A stretch of 63,961 bases of DNA, taken from assembly GCF_001194135.2 (NCBI RefSeq), contig NC_068995.1, forward strand, positions 46,531,999-46,595,959, read 5' to 3'. The notes under the pieces are model-generated. The model was not told the origin of the DNA, searched no databases, and saw only the letters and a program-made list of their open reading frames with translations. The stretch is from Octopus bimaculoides. Its lineage: Eukaryota. Numbering within the stretch: position 1 is the first letter of the stretch; each line of letters starts with the position of its first letter. Positions 26,317 through 38,730 of the stretch are shown here, one piece after another. The translations under genes and the position numbers were made by a program.

Positions 26317-26967
26317 GATCGGATACGTAATCTCAAACATTCGATAAAAAAAATGTCCTATCAAATGTGCACCGGAATAAGCAGCGCGTTCAGTAAAAAC
26401 CTTGAAGATGGAGCCACAACATGGCGTACTCTAGTGAGTGAAGCTAGCGATGGTATAATGAACGAATACGATAAATACGATATCTTGGACCACTTGAAGA
26501 GCTGCGTTCAAATATCTTCAAATTTAATATAAATTTTATAGCTTCCTACTTCGATATGGTCAATGGAATTGGCTTCAAGAATTTCCTTCTCGCAAAACCT
26601 TTGAGGTTCATTTTAATGCTGCGAGAAAAAGTGATAGAAATAAATTGAGTGGAATGATTTTAGTCTCCAGTGTGTGTGTGTTTGTGTGTGTTTGTGTGTG
26701 TGTATGTGTATCTATGTACGCATATATGTATTTGCGTATATGTAAGTATATGTATGTGCACACACACACACACACATATGTATATATATACAGCTCTCAT
26801 TAAAAGCATGTGTTTATGCTTATGTGTGTATATAGACACACACGCACTTAAACATTCACACACACATACATATATGTATATGTATGTATATAAGGAAGTA
26901 TCTGTGTGTCGATCTTAGTCTTTCTGACTGTACTCTATATATTTATATCAAACGTTATACACACGCA

Positions 26968-27019
<52 letters not shown>

Positions 27020-27020
27020 C

Positions 27021-27071
<51 letters not shown>

Positions 27072-27818
27072 CGTCTATCCGTCTGTCTGGCTGTCTGTAA
27101 TATACAATTAATATTACATTACTAATATAATGATGTATTTTACATATATATACATATATACATACATATATTTTACATCATCAGAACACCTGAATTTATC
27201 CAGCAAGTTCAACAGACAATTCATTAAAATCCCAGATATTCCATAAGTTCAATTGCAAAAGATCTCCACGTGTCAGAAGGAACAGTCATAAATGTTGTTC
27301 ACGAAGAAATCAGATATAAATCTTACATGATGAAGAAAGGTCTGTTTGTCTATCCGTTGATCGGATGAAATGGAACCCTCGACGTCGTAAGTGACGGAGT
27401 GCCAACAACAACATATAGATCCCAACATCGAAATCTTGATTTTTTTTTTTTCGAGGAAATATTATTTTTTTTTTTCACAATTAAGCAGAGTTCCTTAGTT
27501 GCGATTAATTTACGCTGGAAGTCTGGTGTTAGCAAATGTTTGCAATTATTCGATTTCCGCTTTAAAAAAATCACTTTGTTAAGAGGTTCCAAAACCAGGT
27601 CAAACTTATTGACATATAAGTCAGTCAACATAAGTACAATCATAAGTGGTCTACTTTAATGGTCGTTTTATTTTGTTTTATTTATACGTATTTTTAAAAA
27701 TATTATTTTTGTCTTTTAGATTTGTATCTTTTCCATGATTGAAGGAGTGTGAAACTGTGTATACATGTACCTATATATAGATATATGTGTGTGTGTGCAT
27801 GTGTGTGAGTGTGTCTGT

Positions 27819-27849
<31 letters not shown>

Positions 27850-27926
27850 NNNNNNNNNNNNNNNNNNNNNNNNNNNNNNNNNNNNNNNNNNNNNNNNNNN
27901 NNNNNNNNNNNNNNNNNNNNNNNNNN

Positions 27927-28020
27927 NGTGTGTGTGTGTGCGAGAGTGTGTGTGTGCGAGAGTGTGTGTGCGAGAGTGTGTGTGTGCGAGAGTGTGTGTG
28001 TGCGAGAGTGTGTGTGTGTG
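27927..28020. repeat. (GT)n-GCGAGA compound minisatellite, 5 units
   Basis: GCGAGA interrupts the GT run at 14-16 bp intervals. Confidence 0.9.
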
Positions 28021-28295
28021 TGGGTGTTTGTGTGTGTGTATGTGTGTGTGAGTGCTTGTATGTTTATATGGGTGTACGTATGTGTGAGTGTGTGTGTGTG
28101 TGCATGTGTGTGTGTCTGTGTGTGTGAGCGTGTGTGTGTCTGTGTGTGTATTTGTGTGTGTAACTTCCATGTTTTATTTGTTTCAATCGTGAAATTCAGG
28201 CCATGCTGGTGTACAACATTGGAGAATTTCTTGTCCAATAAGTCAACCACAGGATCTATCTATCTATCTATCTATATATATATATATGATAGGTC

Positions 28296-28445
28296 TCTTT
28301 CACTTTTCGTCTACAAAACCACTTACAAGGTTTTGGTCGGCCGAAAGTTATTGTAGAAGACTCACAAGGTGCCACGCAGTGAGACTGAACTAGAGACCTT
28401 GTGGCTGGGAAGTAAACTTCTTATTACACAGCTACGTCCTTGTCT
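28296..28445 (-). mobile_element. SINE F2, 5' half
   Basis: TTCGTCTACAAAACCACTTACAAGG..GGTCGGCCGA..AAGGTGCCACGCAGTGAGACTGAAC matches the reverse complement of the 15198 copy. Confidence 0.8.
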
Positions 28446-28448
28446 ACG

Positions 28449-28520
28449 TATATTTATTAGATGTATAATTAGATGTATAATTAGATGTATAATTAGATGT
28501 ATATTTATTAGATGTATAAT
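28449..28520. repeat. 12-bp minisatellite (ATTAGATGTATA)n
   Basis: About 5 tandem units with two TTT-A insertions. Confidence 0.9.
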
Positions 28521-28877
28521 CTGCATTACACACAAACAACCATATGTATATTACATATTTTAAAAGTAACGTTCGTTTTTATTACACACACCTATTTCTA
28601 TATTAATATGTATATGTCTAAATCTATTTGTCTACTATCTATCTATCTCTCTATCTATCAAACTCTCTCTTTCACACACACACTCTGTCTGTCTGTCTGT
28701 CTGTCTCTGTCTGTCTGTCTGTCTCTGTCTGTCTGNNNNNNNNNNGTCTGTCTGTCTCTGTCTGTCTGTCTGTCTGTCTCTGTCTGTCTGTCTGTCTCTG
28801 TCTGTCTGTCTCTGTCTGTCTCTCAATCTCTATCAATATATACTTGAATTGCATACAAAACATATATAAATGCTAGG

Positions 28878-28912
28878 ATTTCACGTTTCGAGCGGAGCTC
28901 TTCATCAGAAAT
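28878..28912 (-). ncRNA. Minimal type-I hammerhead ribozyme motif (Penelope pLTR-like)
   Basis: Minus strand ATTT-CTGATGA-A-GAGC-tcc-GCTC-GAA-ACGT-G-AAAT: intact CUGAUGA and GAAA, stem II GAGC/GCTC, stem I ATTT/AAAT, palindromic stem III; N17 is G (non-canonical). Confidence 0.6.
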
Positions 28913-29005
28913 ATAGATAAAGTCCAAAGAAAGGAAGACGGAGAAAGAAAATCACCAATGATACGCACATACAAATATATGTATACATATATACATGCAT
29001 GTATA

Positions 29006-29041
<36 letters not shown>

Positions 29042-29483
29042 NNNNNNNNNNNNNNNNNNNNNNNNNNNNNNNNNNNNNNNNNNNNNNNNNNNNNNNNNNN
29101 NNNNNNNNNNNNNNNNNNNNNNNNNNNNNNNNNNNNNNNNNNNNNNNNNNNNNNNNNNNNNNNNNNNNNNNNNNNNNNNNNNNNNNNNNNNNNNNNNNNN
29201 NNNNNNNNNNNNNNNNNNNNNNNNNNNNNNNNNNNNNNNNNNNNNNNNNNNNNNNNNNNNNNNNNNNNNNNNNNNNNNNNNNNNNNNNNNNNNNNNNNNN
29301 NNNNNNNNNNNNNNNNNNNNNNNNNNNNNNNNNNNNNNNNNNNNNNNNNNNNNNNNNNNNNNNNNNNNNNNNNNNNNNNNNNNNNNNNNNNNNNNNNNNN
29401 NNNNNNNNNNNNNNNNNNNNNNNNNNNNNNNNNNTATATATATATATATATATATATATCAATTATATACATATGTACAAACA

Positions 29484-29542
<59 letters not shown>

Positions 29543-29832
29543 GTCTACACGCTCATATAGATCTAAGTTTACAGGCACTTTATTGTATTACTTCTACTTA
29601 AATATTACTTATGAAGCAATCAGCCTCATAATTACCCGACTTTATATGGGAAATTATTCCTCATCATTAATACATCATTATTTCATCATTAATAACCAAT
29701 CATTTTTTAAGCGGGTGAAATTCTAACGATGTTGACTGAGCGAGTCCACCATCTTGGGACGTTATAATATAGTACAAACCATACAACCATGTCTCTAGAT
29801 ACAAACACACACACACACATATATATATGTAC

Positions 29833-29863
<31 letters not shown>

Positions 29864-29873
29864 NNNNNNNNNN

Positions 29874-29909
<36 letters not shown>

Positions 29910-29949
29910 TATAATGATAATGACAATAACAATAATAATGATAATAATA

Positions 29950-30022
<73 letters not shown>

Positions 30023-30036
30023 CCATAATAATAATA
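29874..30036. repeat. (AAT)n microsatellite
   Basis: Directly visible. Confidence 0.97.
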
Positions 30037-30037
30037 A

Positions 30038-30182
30038 TTCTTTCTAATAAAGGCGCAAGACCTGATATCTTGGATATCTTGTAGTCGACTAAACAGTCGA
30101 CTACATCGACCCCAGTGTGTGACTGGTACTTATTCCAAAGACCCCGAAGAATAGAAGGTAAAATCGACCTCGAAGGAATTTT
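30038..30182 (-). mobile_element. SINE F1, 5'-truncated
   Basis: GTCGACTACATCGACCCCAGT..CTGGTACTTATT..GACCCCGAAG..AAATCGACCTCG is the reverse complement of the F1 core. Confidence 0.75.
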
Positions 30183-30600
30183 CCCTGGATTCAATGAGCC
30201 TTTTAAAATATTTACTAAATGAAAATTCGTTTAGATACTTGCCAAAATGAATTTCAGTTACCTGTAAATGATTGTCCCCAATATACAGATAGCTAAAAAT
30301 AACAAAAATAAGAAAGAAAAGAAAACATTAATATATATTTCTGCTTTCGGAGTTCTAATACGTTCCCCGTCCACTCTACCACTCAAGGCCCTAAAAACTC
30401 GAAAATATCACAATACACAAATAACTGAATGCATGAATGAATGAATAAATTAGTTAATTAATTGATTACATAAAAATCACAAGACTAGCACATGCTAAAT
30501 TAAACCTCAGAAACAGTACTGAGAAGAGACAAATGAAATGTTTAAATGGACAACTAACAGGAGAAATATGTCAAACAGTTTAAGAAATATTTTCATTGAT

Positions 30601-30670
30601 AATATTGGTTTCAAATTTGAGCACAAGGCCAGCAATTTCGGGAGAAGGGTAATGGGATTACATTGCCAGG
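30601..30670 (-). mobile_element. SINE F1, tail-3 fragment
   Basis: ATATTGGTTTCAAATTTGAGCACAAGGCCAGCAATT, nearly identical to 2361-2397. Confidence 0.7.
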
Positions 30671-32046
30671 CAAACGAAAATTTCACATTTGGTAAATTTT
30701 CCAGTGGAGGAACTTTGTCAAACAAGATAGCATCACTTAAAGACAAAATGAGATGTAAGAGAGAACAAAGAGTAAAATAAATTATCCGCACTTAACAAAG
30801 GATTGTGATGTTTCTACCAAAAATGAAGAAGTAGTTCAAGACATATTAGGAGAATTACTCTTAGTCGTGAATAATAAATCTCAGGACGGAACACAGCCAA
30901 AATACAGGCGAAAATGATTAGGAATACATCCATCTATGTACTTGTGCCTCAGGATATGAGTAAGAGAAATAAAATATGGAACACTGGAACCGTTGCTGAC
31001 CCGTTTCTGACTGAAGTAAGTTGAGGCTAAATAAAATGAAGATAGAATTTTCAACTGAAAGAATCATAACTTAGAAATATTAATTCTGATTAGTAAAAAC
31101 CAAATGATCAAATTGTAAATATAAAGCTGAAGTTCCTTATCGTATTGGAAAAGCTTTGCAAATCACGTATTCCACAACTTACGGGATCTTTTCCCATTCC
31201 GTGTTAGATTCATTAAAGCTACTCACCATGCCATGAATACAAATCAATATAAAAAGAAAAAAAAAAGTATTTTCTCCGGTTTTATTCTCCATAAAGTGCG
31301 ACTAAGAGGTGAATAATCGTTTGTGTGGATGTTCATAATAATCCAGAACTAGTCAGATACCTGACATCGTGGTGTGCTTCCTACTGAAATGAAAGAGGAT
31401 GTTGATTAAGAGAAGACTTGCATATTCACACTCAAGGAGTTACATTCAGAAAATTTTTCAGGGAATCTCTAGAAAAATATACTAATATCGAATTAAAAAC
31501 TGAGGCCTATATTTGTATTTCTTCTTAACTACTTTCAGTTGAAGGACTGAAGCCATGCTAGTGTATTATATACATATCCACGTACACTAACCACCAGATC
31601 TACTTTCTCAGGAGGTTATTCTAGATATTGGTTGAAAGTGCACACATCTAGAAAAATCAGAACACTTTGATTACCAAAACACGTATTCTTTATTCTGGTA
31701 TTTTTACACTACTTCAAGTAACTGCATGATCGAGATTAATGAACTTTAGTCGACCATACCAAAAACTGCACTTATTCTAGTCAGACGCTAATTTTATCCA
31801 TTTTATAATTTCTAAAGATTTCGAAATACTAAGTGATTCAGTCGGCCGAAGATTAAGTATAAATAGAAAAATAAAAAATGAAAAAAGGAAAACATCTAAA
31901 CTTATACGTGAGTACGTTTCATTATGCCCTAATATTTCGGCAGAAAATACTAATTTTCAAAGAATGAAGCTACAACCACATGTGGTTGAAATGTAGAGAA
32001 ACTGGTGCTGGATGGTGCTGTAAAAAGCAATGCACGGAGGTTATCA

Positions 32047-32078
<32 letters not shown>

Positions 32079-32667
32079 NNNNNNNNNNNNNNNNNNNNNN
32101 NNNNNNNNNNNNNNNNNNNNNNNNNNNNNNNNNNNNNNNNNNNNNNNNNNNNNNNNNNNNNNNNNNNNNNNNNNNNNNNNNNNNNNNNNNNNNNNNNNNN
32201 NNNNNNNNNNNNNNNNNNNNNNNNNNNNNNNNNNNNNNNNNNNNNNNNNNNNNNNNNNNNNNNNNNNNNNNNNNNNNNNNNNNNNNNNNNNNNNNNNNNN
32301 NNNNNNNNNNNNNNNNNNNNNNNNNNNNNNNNNNNNNNNNNNNNNNNNNNNNNNNNNNNNNNNNNNNNNNNNNNNNNNNNNNNNNNNNNNNNNNNNNNNN
32401 NNNNNNNNNNNNNNNNNNNNNNNNNNNNNNNNNNNNNNNNNNNNNNNNNNNNNNNNNNNNNNNNNNNNNNNNNNNNNNNNNNNNNNNNNNNNNNNNNNNN
32501 NNNNNNNNNNNNNNNNNNNNNNNNNNNNNNNNNNNNNNNNNNNNNNNNNNNNNNNNNNNNNNNNNNNNNNNNNNNNNNNNNNNNNNNNNNNNNNNNNNNN
32601 NNNNNNNNNNNNNNNNNNNNNNNNNNNNNNNNNNNNNNNNNNNNNNNNNNNNNNNNNNNNNNNNNNA

Positions 32668-33030
32668 TAGGATGGACGTTTTTGGAAGGGTTATTACTCA
32701 GCCCCAGTGGGACAAAAGTCCAACAGATGCCATTCAGTCTGTGGCGTTTTAGCATTTTTTTTTCAAGTGAAGCCATGGCGCTGTGGACAATAGAGCATCG
32801 CGTGCTTGCCTAAGACAGTTACGTGAAAAATAACGAGTTTGTCACACCAGAGTTTCGGCGCCACCTTAACATCCACTGAAACCAGTTTGTTCCCACCCGT
32901 AATAAATCTTACGTTGGGTGAATGCACTTCGTACACGAGGTACACTAATGAATAGGAGACCGGTGGAGGCACCGCGAACGGAACGGACCCCGGAAAAAAT
33001 GGAATGCGTCAGACAAGCTTTCAGAAATAC
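32668..33030 (+). pseudogene. Decayed Tc1/mariner-superfamily transposase N-terminus (DUF4817-like HTH)
   Basis: From ATG 32775: MALWTIEHRVLA*DSYVKNNEFVTPEFRRHLNIH*NQFVPTRN, then a frameshift to LRWVNALRTRGTLMNRRPVEAPRTERTPEKMECVRQAF; matches the recalled ME.WT.EHRAFAVE..FK....VQR.FRRHF...VP.R.TI.RWV..FR.TG.....GRPR..RTPEN.ERVR pattern. Confidence 0.65.
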
Positions 33031-33154
33031 ATCAATGAAAGCAAACACAACATGAATCTTGTTTTTCACACTTGATTTTGACAAATGCTATTTCAATACA
33101 AACAAATTGATGTGGTACTTCATCAGTGTTTTACGTTCTCTGCTCAAAGTCCTC

Positions 33155-33270
33155 CAATGTCGACTTCGCCATTCATTAGTTTGGAAAATACCAGTTGAGG
33201 ACTGGTGTCGATGTTATCGATTTACCCCTATTCCGAAGTTGCTAGCCGTGTGCTAAAATTTAAAAGTAAT
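33155..33270 (+). mobile_element. SINE F1, 3' fragment with tail 3
   Basis: GTCGACTTCGCCATTCAT..ATACCAGTTGAGGACTGGTGTCGATGTTATCGA..GCTAGCCGTGTGCTAAAATTT. Confidence 0.65.
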
Positions 33271-35346
33271 ACTTCAATCCATTGATTATAATGGCTTTTT
33301 TATGTTATAGATTTCTACATGAATAATTTAAATATTCACCTATATAAACATATACCCACATGCAGATAGAAGTACACGATGGAATATTTAATCATTTATT
33401 GAACTTATTAGACGTATGATCCTTACCCCCCCCCCACACACACACACACAGAAACCGCCATCTGAAAAGAAGATACAGGTTATATTAATGTTTCCCACTT
33501 TTGGATTGCGAACACTGTCATTGCGGGTTAAACCTCCTTGCAGATTTGAGAAGGTACTTAGAATTAACAATATATTTCACCATCCTTTGAATACCTTTAG
33601 AAAATATTTAAGTGAGTTTCATGCGGGGCATTTTGATTTGTCATCTGAAGGATTAGACAAATACTAGATTATCTGGCAGAGCTGGAGAATACCCTCACCC
33701 AAGCTCAATATGGGTGTGGATAATCCTTCTTAATGTATCTGTACCATCAGCGTTTAAGTGGTGCAAATTAACACCAAGAAATACATGTTAATATAAGCCA
33801 TAAATAATTTATAAACGTTGTTCCAGATTTCTACAAATACATACAAGTGGGCAATGGCCTCGTGTTATAACAATTATTTGACACTACGCTCTTGTTGATG
33901 CAACATTTTTAGCTTCTCATCGTACCGTTCTCAATTTCTGACTTCAGAATCTGTGACTAAAATATTCACATACGCTCACGCGCACCTATATGTATGTATA
34001 CATACATACATAGATACATACATACATACATATNNNNNNNNNNNNNNNNNNNNNNNNNNNNNNNNNNNNNNNNNNNNNNNNNNNNNNNNNNNNNNNNNNN
34101 NNNNNNNNNNNNNNNNNNNNNNNNNNNNNNNNNNNNNNNNNNNNNNNNNNNNNNNNNNNNNNNNNNNNNNNNNNNNNNNNNNNNNNNNNNNNNNNNNNNN
34201 NNNNNNNNNNNNNNNNNNNNNNNNNNNNNNNNNNNNNNNNNNNNNNNNNNNNNNNNNNNNNNNNNNNNNNNNNNNNNNNNNNNNNNNNNNNNNNNNNNNN
34301 NNNNNNNNNNNNNNNNNNNNNNNNNNNNNNNNNNNNNNNNNNNNNNNNNNNNNNNNNNNNNNNNNNNNNNNNNNNNNNNNNNNNNNNNNNNNNNNNNNNN
34401 NNNNNNNNNNNNNNNNNNNNNNNNNNNNNNNNNNNNNNNNNNNNNNNNNNNNNNNNNNNNNNNNNNNNNNNNNNNNNNNNNNNNNNNNNNNNNNNNNNNN
34501 NNNNNNNNNNNNNNNNNNNNNNNNNNNNNNNNNNNNNNNNNNNNNNNNNNNNNNNNNNNNNNNNNNNNNNNNNNNNNNATATATATGATATATTTGTTCA
34601 GCTATGCGCTGTCAGAAGGTAAGCGTGTGCGTGCGCTCACGTATAGACATACATGTATACAAATATGTATATATGTTCCGTGTAGGAAGTAGGTAAACTA
34701 CAACATGAAGTGAAAATGTGAAATACGTCAAATATTTACAATATATTCGTACTCAAGAGAATGTCTGACGTAGATAAATAGGAACTGAAGGTATTTGGAA
34801 ATTACTGAAAGAAACAACTGAAAGAATATCAAGACAGCAGACGACACCCCAGTACAGCGCCTTTACTGCATTCCAATGATAGGTCGACTCTAATTGGTCA
34901 GGTGATCTGTTACCAACAGATGCACGATCTGTCTAAAATCACTATTCTAAAAGAAATAAAGACTTGCACCCTGATATGCTAAATGAGACTATGCTAACGG
35001 CTATGCATTCTATGACCTTAGGCCTGCCTTGACCTTCAGCTAAGCAGCAATAATACAGTCAATGGAATGATTGCAACAATGTAGAAGATATTAAATACTA
35101 GGAACGCTGCGCTCATTAAAATACTCGCTAGAGAACGAAGAAGAATTTACACTGTCAGTTGATCTGTTAGAGATAGTAGCTAAATTCTCTCAGTTTATTT
35201 TTCCGCTGTTATGAGATAATATAAGAAAATGAGAATAATGGACTATTTTGCGAGTTAACCCAAGAAATAACATATAACAAACTAATGGCTGGAAAATTTA
35301 TATGTGTGCGTGTGTATGGGTTTGTGTATTTGTGTGAGTGTGCGTG

Positions 35347-35400
<54 letters not shown>

Positions 35401-36570
35401 TCTGTGTCTATGGGTTAGGAAGGTTATAATATCCGGGCGGGTACCGTGTAAGCTCTCAGTTGTATGTATGTATGTATGTATGTATGCACATATATATATA
35501 TACATATTTACTTCTATATGTATATATATCTATATATNNNNNNNNNNNNNNNNNNNNNNNNNNNNNNNNNNNNNNNNNNNNNNNNNNNNNNNNNNNNNNN
35601 NNNNNNNNNNNNNNNNNNNNNNNNNNNNNNNNNNNNNNNNNNNNNNNNNNNNNNNNNNNNNNNNNNNNNNNNNNNNNNNNNNNNNNNNNNNNNNNNNNNN
35701 NNNNNNNNNNNNNNNNNNNNNNNNNNNNNNNNNNNNNNNNNNNNNNNNNNNNNNNNNNNNNNNNNNNNNNNNNNNNNNNNNNNNNNNNNNNNNNNNNNNN
35801 NNNNNNNNNNNNNNNNNNNNNNNNNNNNNNNNNNNNNNNNNNNNNNNNNNNNNNNNNNNNNNNNNNNNNNNNNNNNNNNNNNNNNNNNNNNNNNNNNNNN
35901 NNNNNNNNNNNNNNNNNNNNNNNNNNNNNNNNNNNNNNNNNNNNNNNNNNNNNNNNNNNNNNNNNNNNNNNNNNNNNNNNNNNNNNNNNNNNNNNNNNNN
36001 NNNNNNNNNNNNNNNNNNNNNNNNNNNNNNNNNNNNNNNNNNNNNNNNNNNNNNNNNNNNNNNNNNNNNNNNNNNNNNNNNNNNNNNNTATATATATATA
36101 TATATGCATATGTGGGCACAGGACGCCACAAACGTGTACAACCAAAGATTCGATGTACTAGTACAAGGAATATGAACTATTTTTTCGAACAATGAAAGAC
36201 ACGAATGGAATGCATAAAAGTTTTGGCCAGTATTTGGCCAGGCCATGTCTAACTTAATAGCACTATTTGGTTTTAAATGTTTTATGTATTTTTCAAAGGT
36301 GGTGATAGTGGTAGAGATGGCGGTAGTGGTGTTGGTGGCTGGATAGTGAAAACTGAGTTTTTATATGACCTATCACGTTACGAACGCGCATAAGTGCAAT
36401 TCTGTGAAGTATTCACGTTTATTTACGTGGAAGATATATGCAATTTAACTAAAGGTTGTATCATAGGTTCGGGATATTTTTTTGTTTTGCTTTCTAGAAA
36501 AGTAGAAAAATAGGAATGAATATTTATTTTATGCGTGCTGTGTATTAAGTCTATAAAATTGTGCATAAAG

Positions 36571-36992
36571 TATTGGGTTGTCCGGAAAGTTCGTTCCGAT
36601 TTCCCAAAAGGTTCTTCTCACTCAACTCATGTGGTACCCAAACATCGTAGCGATTTGTGTACCCAAGCTTTACTAGATGCTCATGAACGACGGATATTGA
36701 TAGGTTGAGGCTTTCTGCCAATTTTCGGGTTGTGCAATGTGAGTTATTCTCAATTAATGACTTTATTTGGTCATCATCTGTAGTGGATGGTCTGCCTGAT
36801 CGCTCTTTATCAATAAGGCTACAATCTCCAGCTCGGAACCTTGCGAACCACTTCCGTACAGTTCTTTCGGATAAAGAAACATCACCGTAAACTGCGCATA
36901 TTTCTTTGGTTGCTTGTGAGGCATTTTTCCCTTTACAGAAAAAGAAAAGCATCAAGTGCCGAAAATGAACTTTCTTACCATTTTTAAGGGTT
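36571..36992 (-). pseudogene. Internally deleted mariner (Mos1/Hsmar1/mellifera-like): transposase HTH region joined to a TIR
   Basis: ORF 36955-36551 LFFFCKGKNASQATKEICAVYGD..ERTVRKWFARFRAGD...RSGRP...WVPHELSEKN carries the diagnostic WVPHEL; TA plus TTGGGTTGTCCGGAAAGTTCGTTCCGATTT (36571-36602) is TIR-like; no catalytic domain. Confidence 0.9.
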
Positions 36993-37819
36993 ACAGAATT
37001 AACACAGGTTATAGGAACATAAACCTTCTTCCACGAAAAAATAGCTTAAACTGTGCTCTAAATGTTTTATGGACTCAACCATGTTCTGATATTAAGTCGA
37101 AAGGTAAGCTACTATAAATCTGCACGCTCTTTCCAGAAACCCAGTATATTAAGTGTATATAAAAAGTGCATTAAGTAATCATCATATTCTAATTTCTTTT
37201 AATTTACAATGAGTAGCAGATGAGAGTCTAGCATTCAAGAGACACGACACTGGCTACACTTTCAAAAATCTTGGATAAAGTTTGCAGAAATAACACAAGA
37301 GGTTTACCATTAATTCCGTGAAATATTCACGGGTCCCAATCGATATAATGATATTCAGATACATGTGAATCAATGGATTTCGCAGATTCTACATCATTCA
37401 CCTTTTAAAATGAGTAAATAGCATAGAATATAATAAACATACAAATTAATAAATACATAAGTACATAAATAAATAAATACATAAATAGAAACATAAATGA
37501 ATAACTATATCAATTGACGTTACCGTGTGAACTGATGTATTCACGCAATACCAATGACCGATTATGAATACAAGACGTTCCTATTATTTTATTGTTATTT
37601 TTTACGTAATATATTTATATATACATTCATACATACATACATACATACATGCATGCATCCATCCATACATACATACATACATACATACATACATACATAC
37701 ATACATACATACACATATACATACATACGTACTTATATATATGTACTTACATACATAGATACATACACACATATATATATATGTGTATGGAGATATTTAT
37801 ATTTACAAGTGCACGAATG

Positions 37820-37862
<43 letters not shown>

Positions 37863-37999
37863 ACACACCATATATAAATTTATGTATACATGTATACACA
37901 ATGTGTGGTATGAGTGTTAATATATCGTATCTGTCTTTATTTGTCCCTCTCCCCACTCTCTCTCTATATACATATATATACATTCATATACATACAAAA

Positions 38000-38120
38000 G
38001 ACCGTTAGAATAAGTACTGGGCTTACAGAGAATAAGTTCTGGGGTCAATTTGTTCGACTGAAGGCGGTGCTCCAGCATGACCGCAGTTAAATAACCGAAA
38101 CAAATGAAAGAGAGTAAAAG
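38000..38120 (+). mobile_element. SINE F2, 3' half, preceded by about 400 bp of microsatellite
   Basis: AGACCGTTAGAATAAGTACTGGGCTTACAGAGAATAAGTTCTGGGGTC..GGCGGTGCTCCAGCATGACCGCAG. Confidence 0.85.
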
Positions 38121-38213
38121 AATATATGTTTAAATGTGTATATGTATATATCTATACCTACATACATACACGCATAAATACACACACACATGCACAGTGC
38201 ATTATAACATATT

Positions 38214-38477
38214 CTTTTCTACTCTAGGCACCGGGCCCGAAATTTTGGAGGAGGGCGCGACCCCGAAATGATGAAAGACAAAGTCGACCTCGGCGGAATT
38301 TGAACTCAGAACGTAAAGACAGACGAAATAACTGCTAAGCATTTCGCCTGGTGTGCTAACGTTTCTTATTTCTTTATTGCCCACAAGGGACTAAACATAA
38401 AGGGGACAAACAAGGACAGACAAAGAGATTAAGTCGATTACATCGACCCCAGTGCGCAACGTTTCTGCCAGCTCCTA
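38214..38477 (-). mobile_element. SINE F1 dimer, both monomers internally deleted, 16-bp TSD
   Basis: Flanks TGCATTATAACATATT (38198-38213) and TGCATTATAGCACATT (38478-38493), 14/16 identical; junction AATAAGAA|ACGTTAGC on the minus strand. Confidence 0.9.
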
Positions 38478-38514
38478 TGCATTATAGCACATTGTAATAC
38501 CCATGACGAAGTAA

Positions 38515-38583
38515 AGCTGAAACGTTAGCACGCCGGGCGAAATGCTTAGCGGTATTTCGTCTGCGGTTACGTTCTGAGTTCAA

Positions 38584-38585
<2 letters not shown>
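38515..38585 (+). mobile_element. SINE F1 tRNA-head fragment
   Basis: GAAACGTTAGCACGCCGGGCGAAATGCTTAGCGGTATTTCGTCTGCGGTTACGTTCTGAGTTCAAAT, near-identical to the 55495 monomer. Confidence 0.9.
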
Positions 38586-38616
<31 letters not shown>

Positions 38617-38730
38617 CGGCGGGTTTTATTTCGCTTTCCGTCTACAAAATCCACTCACAAGGTGCCACTCAGTGAGACTGAAAACGCAGCCATTTGGTTG
38701 AGAAGCAAGCTTATTACCATATAGCCACAT
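38617..38730 (-). mobile_element. SINE F2, 5' half with an internal deletion
   Basis: TTTCCGTCTACAAAATCCACTCACAAGG|TGCCACTCAGTGAGACTGAA..TGGTTGAGAAGCAAGCTT. Confidence 0.75.

Noticed and set aside
26390-26460. DGATTWRTLVSEA resembling the RTE C-terminal DRxxWR motif
   Set aside because: Too short, and the flanking frames do not extend the similarity.
33580-33660. FRKYLSEFHAGHFDLSS resembling the mariner HTH2 segment RKWFARFRAGDFDL
   Set aside because: Only about 15 residues with partial identity and no flanking motifs (RSGRP, WVPHEL); chance cannot be excluded.
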